Source: Mytilus edulis (lineage: Eukaryota). Taken from it: a stretch of 64,000 bases of DNA. A program made the position numbers and the translations under genes. Location: assembly GCF_963676685.1 (NCBI RefSeq), contig NC_092355.1, forward strand, positions 14,260,001-14,324,000, in the 5' to 3' direction. Each line of letters starts with the position of its first letter. Within the stretch, counting starts at the first letter, position 1. Positions 34,407 through 46,400 of the stretch are shown in pieces. The notes beneath the pieces are model-generated. The model made no database searches. It was given only the letters and a program-made list of their open reading frames with translations, and had not been told where the DNA came from.

Positions 34407-37400
34407 CTAAAACAGAAAAAATTGTGACATCAGTAATTTTTCTTTTTTTTACATATTTGTTTGTTTTTAGAGTGATTAAGATTATAACACAATTTTGACT
34501 GCTGTTTTTTTAATATTTTACCTATTATGTCTGTTTAAAATTGAGAAAGGAAATGGGGAATGTGTCAAAGCGACAACTACCAGACCATAGAATAGACAAC
34601 AGCCGAAGGCCACCAATGGGTCTTCAATGTAGCGAGAAACTCCCGCACCCGTAGGTGTTTGTTTTGTTCACACATGGTTGTAAATATAAATAGAATTTGA
34701 TGTGACTGTCATACAAGTGAGAGGTTTAGCTTGCTTAAAGAACAGGTTTAATCTCCCATTTTGTACATGAGAAAATGCCTGTACCAATTGAGGAATATGA
34801 CAGTTGTAATCCATTTTTTGATGTGTTTGTGCATTTATGCCATATGATAAGGGACTTTCCTTTTGAATTTCCCTCAGAGTTTAGTATTTTTGTGATTTTA
34901 CTTTTTATTACTAATTTTCTGACCAAGTCTCTTTTGCTTGCTGCCTTATCACTTGATATAACGTATCAACATATTTTATAGGAGCAACACCATGGATTTC
35001 ACATGTGGAACAGGATCAGCTTACCCTTTCCTTGCATCTTAGTTCTACCTCAGTTTTTTGTTGGTGTTCGTGTTGCTCAAGTCTTTATTTTTTCATGTTG
35101 TGTTTTGTATACATATGGTTGTTTTCCTTTAGAATTTTCACTGTTTGCCATGGCGCTTTTAGTCAATTTGTTTTTAACTTATCAGTTTAAATGTCCCTTA
35201 ATTTACTAAAATATTAATTACTGACATGGTATATATTTTTTTAAGTATGGAAAATTGCATGTATAATACAAAAACAAACTAACAACTATTCACTAATGTT
35301 AACTAGGCTGGGGTAAGGAAGTTAACGTTACCAGTTTTCCAACTAACAAATGTACAGATTTCAATAAAATATAATTTTAAAAAAAAAGTAAAATTATAAA
35401 AAATATTACTTTCTTCACAACAATGATTAAAGATAATGATTGGTGTTATAAATGGCTGTTTTATGACCAGTACAACATCAAATGTAGGACAAGAATATGT
35501 TATGTGATAGGAATAGAAACCCTGAGACACTTAGTCTGATTTTCAACTTGCTAGCTTTCAAGATAATAGCGTGGCTTTTGTTGATTTATTGAGGTAGACC
35601 TTTGTTCAAGGAAACTACTCTTTAAAACATCAATACCTTTGTGTCAACCTTTTTCATATATATATATAATATATTCTAAGCTTCTAGGTTACAAAGAGTA
35701 TTTCCAATCTGTTTTTATAGGTAATTGCTTAAATGCTTTGATGAAACTTGACTTTTTTAAAAGCACAACTGATATAAAGAGTTATCTCCCTGAACCAAGG
35801 TCTACCCCCTTAGTAAAAGTTACATTTTTGGTAACTTGATTTTATGGTTCAACTGAAGTACACTAAAATACACAAATAATAACTAAATATGTAGTGTTCT
35901 TCTTTAGCAGTGTTTAAAGGGGGATCTTTACTCTCATAATTCATGGTTCCCACTAAGGATTTTAGAAGGTGGGTCCAGGGACTCATCATTTTTGGTCATG
36001 GTGAGACCGACAGTAACAACAAGATATTCTATTGTAATTTTATTTATTATTGATTTAAAGACTGTGATTTTAAAAATCTTCACTCCCCCCTAGCTTCATG
36101 ACAAAGTTTTAATACAATTTTTACTGTGTATACCTTTAATGACTGTGATTTCAAAAATCGTCTCTCTACCCTAGCTCCATGAGGAAGTTTTAATACTATT
36201 TTGACTGTATCAGGATCAGTAGAATTAGGCTCTGCAGGTATTTCAGTTTTTAATACTTCCTTTCTGTCTTCTTTTGCCTAAATATAAAATTGCAAATAAA
36301 TTTATTTTAATTTTTTATAGTCACAAAATGCATTTTAATATATATGGTAAATGGATGTTTGCTACTTTTCAGGTATTTCCTTGCATCTGATGGTACTATT
36401 TGTTGTGATTTCTTTTGTTTTTAGAGGACTCATTTATTTTCATCGATACCAATATTTTTAGGATTGAAGATAACTGCTATTTTTGTGGAATTTTTTTAAC
36501 TGCTCCTGAGAATATCATGCTGAACAGTTTTTATTGGTGTAGGTAGCCTGAGTACATGATATACATGGGGTAAGAAACTTGACGATCCTTGTCAATAAAC
36601 ATCAGAATCAAAGGCTCTCTGCAACAAGCTGAATTTGAACTCATGACAGACTTAATATCCCTGTAGATAAAACACTTAGATCACACCAGGGCTTCCAAAA
36701 AATATTTGAGCCAGCCGGACATTTCATATCTGATCCCGATTTTTAATTCCTTAAGACTTAGTCACAAAAGGCAATTATGGTAATCAGATGGCCATTCCAA
36801 TGATTGACATTACATTAAAAAAAAACGATTTTAAACTTTACTTTGATATGATATGAATTTGATGTTCGGATGTAACTGTTAAATTGGCAGTGCATCATTT
36901 AAAGTGTGCACATCAGCGTGCGCATATCTGCCTTGGACTTTTTATTTGTGTAAAAACTTTAGTTTCGTTTTCACATTGTTCTAACCGGATGTTGACTAGA
37001 CAATGGTAAAACATGGACCATAAACGGATACGTAAAATCCATGTATGTTTTACAAAGCACGACTGAGTGAAGAAGCTCTTTCCACGTTATTTCTTCAACA
37101 AAATACTTGAAATGAACGTTAGATACTTTTGGCATTTTTGAAGAAATGTAGGATGCATAATTAAATTTCCCACCTGTGCACATGCACACACATGTTCTTG
37201 TTCATACGACGTAGTTCTGACGATTTTTCATTTAAAACCTTTTTAAATTTTTCATCAAATCATGTTGATAAACTTAATTCTAATGTTTTAATCTTTTGGA
37301 CTAAATCAATTAGAAACAAACCGCTGAAAAGTAAGAAAAAAATTGTGAATAGACCGATCAATTTATACGATGTCCGGTACTGAACATGGTTCACCTGTCA

Positions 37401-40400
37401 CCTGAACAGGTAGATTTCAGCTGTCCAACTACTAATTAGCCTCGATTAAAATTAATAGTATTGGATTAGGTGTTATTTTGATAGTAATTAATCATCATGT
37501 CACATTTATGACCGGAAATGTGTTGATGTTAAAGGCAAAAGGTTGGGTCAAAAAGATCATGAATTTTGAAAAAATGACCGAAAAATCCTTGAAACTAAAA
37601 AGTATATGACCGTTTGATGCTTTGCCCAGCCGGACTTTTACCGGACATTATACAAATGACCGGAATATATGAGCGTTTTGGAAGCCCTGGATCACACATA
37701 TATTGTGAGTATTGTTTGATAATGTAAGGGAGGTAACCTGTATTAATCTTAGTCTTTCTAATTCTTCTTCTTCTTTTTGTTGCTCTATCTGTCTAACTTC
37801 CTCTTGTTCTTCCTGTCTTTTTCTAGCCTGTAAAGTTCAATATGACACAAAATAAACGTTAATTTGTTTATAAAAGATTTTTCTGGCCTGTAAAGTTCAA
37901 TATGACACAAAAAAGTGATTTGTAAATAAACAATTTTCAGGTATTGTGAAAACAGAAAAGTCTATAAAGATTATTGAAGATTAAGATTTATTAAAGATTT
38001 CTTTTTAAATGCATTAACATCCTGATATTTTGATTTTTTTTTTTTATCTGCCTACCCAAACTTATTTGGTAAGATTCCTTTGAAAGACTACAAAAGAAGA
38101 CTTACTTATATAAGCCCGATTTTGCTTGCTTTTGGATCATATTGGCAACAATGGGAAATTACATTGTACAAGATGTTTTTTTTTTGTTTACAGTGAAGAC
38201 CACACTATATTTTTAGGCAAATTGACTAACCACCCATATAACCTATTTTTTGAGGTTTTGCTCCTTGTTGAAGGTCTGTAAAAGTTATCTATTGATGTTT
38301 ACATTCTTGTCAAGTGTCCTTTTTTCCTAGCTTGTGACCTTACAATTAGCCTTGTTATCAGGTTTATATATACATTCTAGGGAAAAAGGACAGGATTGGT
38401 GTCACAAAAATTGGAACATATTCAAAGTTACCTTTTCCTGGTCAGCTTTTAATGATTCTAAATAGGCTTCATCTTGTTGTGCTCTTAAAGTTTGGTTGAA
38501 ACTTCGTTCTTCTCTACAAGTATTCAAATCAACAGTAAGACACAGTATGTTACACATAATATTCATTTTTATATACTGTAAACCAACTTATTTCCGCGGA
38601 TACATTATTTCGCATTCAGTCAAGGCTTCCAAAATTTCCTGACGACAGCCGGACATTTTACAAAGAAATATTTTTGACGGTCAATGATCAGCTGGATACT
38701 TTTAAAAATGTAACTGAGAGGATGCATAAGATATATGTGTCTAAGTAATTAGAAGTGTTATATGCAATAAAATTATTTATAACTGTTTTGTTGTCTTTAT
38801 TCTAAAAATAAATAAAATATCATCCTCAGTATTGTGTCATTTTTCTGTGTATCGGGAGCCATCATTGAATCAGTCAGCTTCAGTACCTGACTTTTCTCAT
38901 GTTTTCGTTTTTGTTTGTGTTTAAATAATCTATCTTCTCTCTGTGAGTACTCTACACTTGTTAACTTGTTAATTAAGGCCATAGTATTTTAAACTGTTGA
39001 TGACAACTGGCTTTAATTGTAGTACAGCTTGATACAGGGATACTTTTCTTTTTGTGTATTGATTACCCGACCACGTGACATTTACAACTGATGCGGTATT
39101 TATAGATAACATTGAGGAGGCCCAATGAAGGATATTGTTTTAAACCTTGTACTGAACAGTGATAACATTTTTCGTTGTACAATTTTCAAACCCGATTTAG
39201 AAAATAAGGAATAAATAAAAACATACTCAGTTGGTAGATAATTTAATGAATAACAACATGATATGTTATGTAAGCATATAACAACAATAATAGCACAATG
39301 TTGACAAACACAAGCAATAATCATTGAAAAGAAGCACAGATCATAGCACAAGATTACAGTTCATTTAGTCTAATTCAAGATCTAACATTCATCAGCTTGC
39401 TGAATGCATTGTTCTGATACACATGGCGGTTACGAACGGATTGCCATTTGCGGATTGCAGGAACAGGGTCGAAGTCTTTAACATCTACACCTACTAAGCT
39501 TATTCTCGTAAGTTGATCTAAAGAATCAATACCCAGACTACACCTTAGCTTTGTCTTAATAATGTTCTGCCTTGAAAAAACCCTTTCGCATTCGACACTT
39601 GAAACCGGCAAAATACGTGAAATTTCCATTAGAGAAATTGCATTAGGGAACTGGTCTTTTCTTGAAATAATGGCGGTTAACAGATCAGCAAACGAAAGTC
39701 CCTTATAGTTATTGAAGATCAAATACTTAAGTATGCCCCATTCTACTTGTAGTTCTTCTTGGTTGATTAAATTATAATGGTCCCCGAGACACTCTAACTG
39801 TTGTTCACCGTAGCGAGGAAGGTCGGCAACACTACTCGGAAAGTTCGACGGTTCAAACACAGAGAATGCTTCAAAAATTTTGTTGTCTGGAAATCGGTCG
39901 CGAATGTTATCATGAATCAATTGGGTACATTGCACGGCTCTTTTCTTAAGATGAATGTCACGGTGGTTACGTTGAAAGGTGATAGTTTTGAAGGTGTCAG
40001 ATTGTTCTGTTGATTTTAGAAATTCGGTACATAATGGTCCAAATGAAGGAAGTTCGGTTAAGTACTCGGCCTCTATTGCCATAAGAAAAGAGTCAACTAG
40101 TTGTTTCACGGTGGCATAAGACAAGTCTCGTTTCTGGAGTGATTTGCTGAGCTGATTTATTTTACCAAACAGGTCGGATAAAAAGTAGAGCATGAAAAAG
40201 AACTTGTATGTTGTCATACTGTTGTGTAGAGAATTAGCCCATGATGGCAGATTTATAAAGTTCTATTTCAGACGAAGTCTTTATAAGAGTCAGAGATTGT
40301 CATGATTGGATATTATTCTTTATGATTTTAATTGTAAAAACATTTTTTTAATATGAAAACAAGAATAGAGAACGCCCCTCTTATTCATTGGACAAGTCAG

Positions 40401-43400
40401 CTTGGTATACACAAGCGAAGCTTTTCTTGGTGTTTTTACGATATATTTCAATTAATTTTCCCCTTCATAGTACCCCAGTATTTAACACGATGTACAGTGT
40501 CAAATAAATAATATATATCTGATATCATAATTATTCATTTATAAATATACTTATTTGAAGAATAACTTTTAAATATCAGGAAACTTTGTTAAACTGAATG
40601 CTCATTTAAAATAATATCTATAAAGCGTAATTAAATAGGATGTTGTTCCGTACACGCTTACATATTTGACCTGGTTACCTGATCACCTTTATGTACATTG
40701 TTATGCATCATTAGTTCTATTGATAAAGACAAGCTAAGGACACCTCATCAAAGGTAACAAACCTGTAATCAGTGAATGATTTATGGCTTCAATATAACTT
40801 ATTGAAGGGATAATTGTTTGACAGCTTGTTGTTATTTAAATAAAAGAAAACGTGTTTTTTCTACCTTTTATTGATGTACACAAGCTAAAGACCAAGCCGT
40901 ACATTTATGTATCCAGAGAATTAGACTAACTGAGACACTTCAAAGAATCTTAAATTTGCTGCATCTGTTGTAATAAACCCACTTATGACCGAAATATCTT
41001 TGTGAAATAGTATGCCCAAGCGGACATGTCCAAAGCCCCAAACGGACATTTTTAATGATCGATAGTTGGTCAAAATTGAAATGACCGTTTTATGAAAAAT
41101 GCCTTGAATAACAAAAAGTGGCAAACCAATTCTATATGACCGTTTGAGGCTGAGAGCAGCCGGACTTTTTATGAAAGTTTCGGTCATGACCGGAATATAT
41201 GACCGTTTTGGAAGCCTTGCATTCAGTCCTTTTAAGCCCATTTTGCGGCGATTTAATTTCGCGATTCTCAAATTCACCAAATGTAGTTTAGTAAGAAAAA
41301 ATCCAAGTTTTACATATTTGCTACGATTTATATTCGCGATATTTGTCTATTCGCGAGAGTCGCGAATATAAGTTGGTTTATAGTATAGGGTTTACAAAAA
41401 TTGTGGATTCACTTATTTTCGCAGATATGATTTTTTATGGATAGAAGAAAATCATATTTTCATGAATATTTAATTTCGTGTCTACATACAAGCATATAGA
41501 TATTCGTACTTTGTTGAACATTTTGAAAAATTCATGGTGAATTCTACTTTGCTTCTTATACATCCTTGGCCTTGACAAGTATTATAATGTACAATTATCA
41601 TTAAGATCATACTACTATAGGCGGCAGATTGACACTAAATTGGGTTTAGAAATTTAAAAGAAACTAAGGTTCCAACTCACTGAGGCAAAGTTGACCTTAG
41701 ATTTTATAGCTTTCTAGTTTTGATCTTTTTTCGTCATACAGCTCTTCGACTGTGTTGGTACTGAAATATCATTGGCTTTCAAATATTTAGCTTTGAGCGT
41801 TCCTGATGAAGATAAATCAAGAAAAGCATTTTGAATCCCTGAAATTTATAAAGTGTGATTTTCATTTTTTCTTTGTCAGAATATGTGGGACTTAAAGACT
41901 TTCCTAAATAATGATTGCATTACCTATCTGCTCTTGCTGCTACGAGACTAGTTTCATTTTCACTCATAAGTCTTTCTAATCGCTGTGTTAATTCAACCGG
42001 TCCTAAAATAAAACATTATCATAATCATTGTTATTTCTTATATAGTATTTTACTATCACCATTTGTACTGAAATTTTTAGGACACAGATTCTGATATAGT
42101 TTTTTTCTTTAAATTAAGCCAGACAAAGTATAATATCTTATGTATTTATTTGACAACTATTTTGCAATCTAAGATATATATGGGGGAAAAAATATTAAAA
42201 AAATTTCATCTAAAATCTAGATAGTATCTTTTGATTGTAAGAAGCTTCTGTCCATGTTTGGAAAAAAACAGGATGGTTTATAAATCTTATAAATGTTTTA
42301 AAAACTTTAACTGCAGCCTGTTTGTAATGTTAACTCGACTAAAAACTAAGTCCATTTAAGAATAATATATGGAAAAACAGAAAATATTTTTTTCCCCTAG
42401 ATAATAGCTTTTGAAAATAAGCAAGCTTCAGTCCTAGTTTGGAATAAGAAAATTATTAAAATTTCAATAATTTTAACCACAGAGTAAACATTTGTGGATG
42501 CAAAAATGAAGTTAATGTTAACTTGCATTAAAACTAAGTCCATTTATAAGTAAAATACAGATAAACTGGTTTGTTTTTTTAACAAAATTTACTTCTGGAT
42601 ACTAGCTTTTGATCATAAACAAGCTTTGATAGAAATCCAGAATTTTCAACCTTATTGTATTTCAATATCAAGATTTGGTGAAAATCTTAATATATATACC
42701 TATCAGTGATTCAATAAAATTTCACAATTCTACGAAGCTTGTGTTATCCAGAATGAGGAAAAAGTCAGTTCTTTTCAAAATAAAACTTCCAATGTAATTT
42801 TTAGAACAGCTTTTTCAAGAACAGTTTTATTTGCCATAGTAATTTGAGCGAAAACAGGGATTGTAACTATTTAATTTTCTATTGCATTTGATAAATTGAT
42901 AAATTGTTACTTCATCAGTCCAATACAGGAACCTGATGTTCAGTATTTGTCGTTTATTGATGTGGTTCATAAGTGTTTCTTGTTTCTCATTATTTATAAA
43001 GATTAAACTCTTGGTTTTCCTGTTTGAATGGTTTTACACTAGTCATTTTTAGGGCCCTTTATAGCTTGCTGTTCTGTGTGAGCCGAGGCTCCGTGCTAAA
43101 GACCTTACTTTGACTTATGATAGTTTTTCTTTTACACATTGTAACTGGGATGCTGTCTCATTGGCACTCATACCACATCTTCTTATATCTACTAAAACTT
43201 ACCAATAGGACCTTCTATTCTAGCTACTACTGTCATTTTATTTTGACGTAAAACTATTAAAGCTAAAAATGGATATGTATTTTCTCTTAATGCTCTGGAA
43301 ACTGAAAAAGAGAAAAAAATGTTTTACTTTAGGATCCATTGTATTTTTATAGCATAATTCATTCATACAAATTGTTTAAATTCAGGCTTTTCAGATGTAC

Positions 43401-46400
43401 CATATCGAGTTGATACCTCTCTAATGAAAAGAAAGTGCTCTGGTTATGTACACCCTATATCTGTTTTCATTCATGATCAATCAAATAAATGATCCTTTCT
43501 TTTTCTTTTTTTTAAACAATATCCTCCAAACTCTGATCAGTCTAGGCCTTTACAGTATATTGCTGTTATTGTGTTCCAGGTTAGAGGAAGTGTTCAGCTC
43601 ACACAAGCATATTTAAAACCTCTATATTCCTTAAGAAAGAGCCTGTCGAAAGACCCTGTAATTTGATGCTTCTCCTTGATTTACTTATCATTTATAGTGT
43701 TATTTTAAATTAGATTGTTAGTTTTCTCATTTTAATTGAGGTCTTTTATAGCTTATTATATGCATAGGCGGATCCAGGAGGGGCCCCCCTTTCGTGGGAA
43801 AAATTTGGTTGATTATAAAGGAAATCACTGAAGCATGACTGGAGCCCCCCTCCCTTAGGTCAGTCTCAGCCCCTGAGGTTGTTAAAATTCATAATATGGC
43901 ATGTGGGTTTCGACTGCAATTTTAATTGAATAGGATAGCCAGTTTTCCTGTCATCTTTGTCTTTGGGCACTCTACTTCTTTCACTTGTAAAACTTGACTG
44001 CCACAAAATTGTAATTAATGTTGAACGTGGCATTAAATACACTACTAACTTACCCCTGTATCCTTCAGGACTGTTAGTATTACAGGACCAAAATAACATA
44101 CTACTATTTATAAAGTCTATCACATCATTATTCCCTAACGTATTTCTGAAAATAAATAATACATGGCAAATGATATTTCGGAAGAAAAAAAATTATTGTT
44201 ATCTATTTCCATCCGGGGTTGTAAGACATATAAAACATTTAAAATATGATATTTTTTTTTTCAATCATTAATGAATTTAAAAGTGAAATAGTGAAATGAT
44301 TATTCCCTTTTAGCAGACAGTATGGTTGAATTTTGTCACTTGCAAGTGAATAATTCAACCTCATTGAATTCCTATTCATGTGACCTTCAATATAACTCCT
44401 AACCTAGAGGTAAATTAAACAATTCATGTGTGTTCAGTATTTGATGGAAAAAGAATGTCAACATTGAATATGAAACAAAGGTATTTCAATTGATAGACTA
44501 ATTGGATCCACAAAATTGCATTCATATACAGGTAAGTACGACAGTTAACTAATTTCTTTAACCTATAAACATGAAATAAAACAGACATACAAAAATCCAA
44601 TTGCACAAAGTTGCTATCTATGTATATTTATGTTTATATTTTGTTATGTGACTGTCATCAGTTTTTTTATAGTTGATTAGATGGTGTCTAGACTAAAATA
44701 CACAGGAAACTCTGATATATATATTATTTAGTATATGCATTGAAACTGTTTATTTCAGACTTATTGTAATTTGGATATGTGTGTTAATAGTACATGTATG
44801 TTATAAATCAAATATATATGAGAGTTTCAGGTCAAATTTGTTTTTAACAGCTAGTGCCCCTTTGATAAAACTGTTAATTTAGAAATTTTAAGAAAATTTT
44901 AATAATTTCACAAATAGAAACAATATAGGTACTTCAAAATCAACCAGATGCTCCGCAGGGTGTAGCTTTATACGACCGCAGAGGTTGAACCCTGAACGGT
45001 TGGGGCAAGTATGGACACAACATTCAAGCTGGATTCAGCTCTAAATTTGGATTGTGATTAAATAGTTGACACAGCATAGGTTTCTGACACAGAATGAATG
45101 TGTTCTAATGAACTTAAAATTTTTTGTTTTCTCTTAGAGCAATTCACTATGCTGTTGAATATTAATCCTCTCAAAACAAGAATGTGTCTTCAGTACACGA
45201 ATGCCCCACTCGCACTATCATTTTCCATGTTCAGTGGACCGTGAAATTGGGGTAAAAACTCTAATTTGGCATTAAAATTAGAAAGATCATATCATAGGGG
45301 ACATGTGTACTAAGTTTGAAGTCGATTGGACTTAAACTTCATCAAAAACTACCTTGACCAAAAACTTTAACCTGAAGCGGGACAGACGGACGGGCGAACG
45401 AATGGACAGACGGACGGACAGACGCACAGACCAGAAAACATAATGCCCCTCTACTATCGTAGGTGGGGCATAAAAATGTTTGAAGAAATTTTCTTTTTTA
45501 TTTATGAAATTTCAAATGAGAAAAATTGAACCCAATTTTTTTAATCACATCCCCCTTTCCCTTATTCCAAAACTAATCTCAATTAAAATTTCTAATGGAG
45601 TTTGCAACAATAACTACTCATTTAAATACATCATAAAATATTAAGATGTAAAAAAAAACTGCTTGTTATCACTGAATGTTATTTATTATAATTTATCAGT
45701 TGGTAGTAAAAAGTGAATATACATTGTATATTGTATATAACAAAGATTTAAGTTGATTCTGGACAAAGAAAGATAACTCCAATTAAAAAAAATCTTGCTA
45801 TTGCACAATATTTTGCAATAAGATATTTCTTGCTTACTATTCTGGACAAAGAAAGATAACTCTAATTAAAAAAAAATTTGCTATTTCACAATATTGTGCA
45901 ATTAGATATTTCTTGCCATTGCGCAATACTGTGCAATTGAAAAGACTTGATATTGCACAACACTTAATATAATAATTTTAGATCCTGATTTGGACCAACT
46001 TGAAAACTGGGCCCATAATAAAAAATCTAAGTACATTTTTGGATTCAGCATATCAAAGAACCCCAAGATTTCAATTTTTGTTGAAATCAGACTAAGTTTA
46101 ATTTTGGACCCTTTGGACTTTAGTGTAGACCAATTTGAAAACAGGACCAAAAATGAAGAATCTACATACACAGTTAGATTTGGTATATCAAAGAACCCCA
46201 TTTATTCAATTTTTGATGAAATCAAACAAAGTTTAATTTTGGACCCCGATTTGGACCAACTTGAAAACTGGGCCAATAATCCAAAATCTAAGTACATTTT
46301 TAGATTCAGCATATCAAAGAACCTAACTGATTCATTTTTTGTCAAAATCAAACTAAGTTTAATTTTGGACCCTTTGGACCTTAATGTAGACCAATTTGAA

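Larger units (their letters stand above)
38576..41383. mobile_element. ~200-bp TA-flanked Tc1/mariner-like MITE split by the hAT insertion
   Basis: TA|CTGTAAACCAACTTAT ... ATAAGTTGGTTTATAG|TA. Confidence 0.75.

Noticed and set aside
40921-41371. ORFs of 119 and 75 aa
   Set aside because: They cross the hAT terminus and TSD into a MITE and show no transposase similarity.
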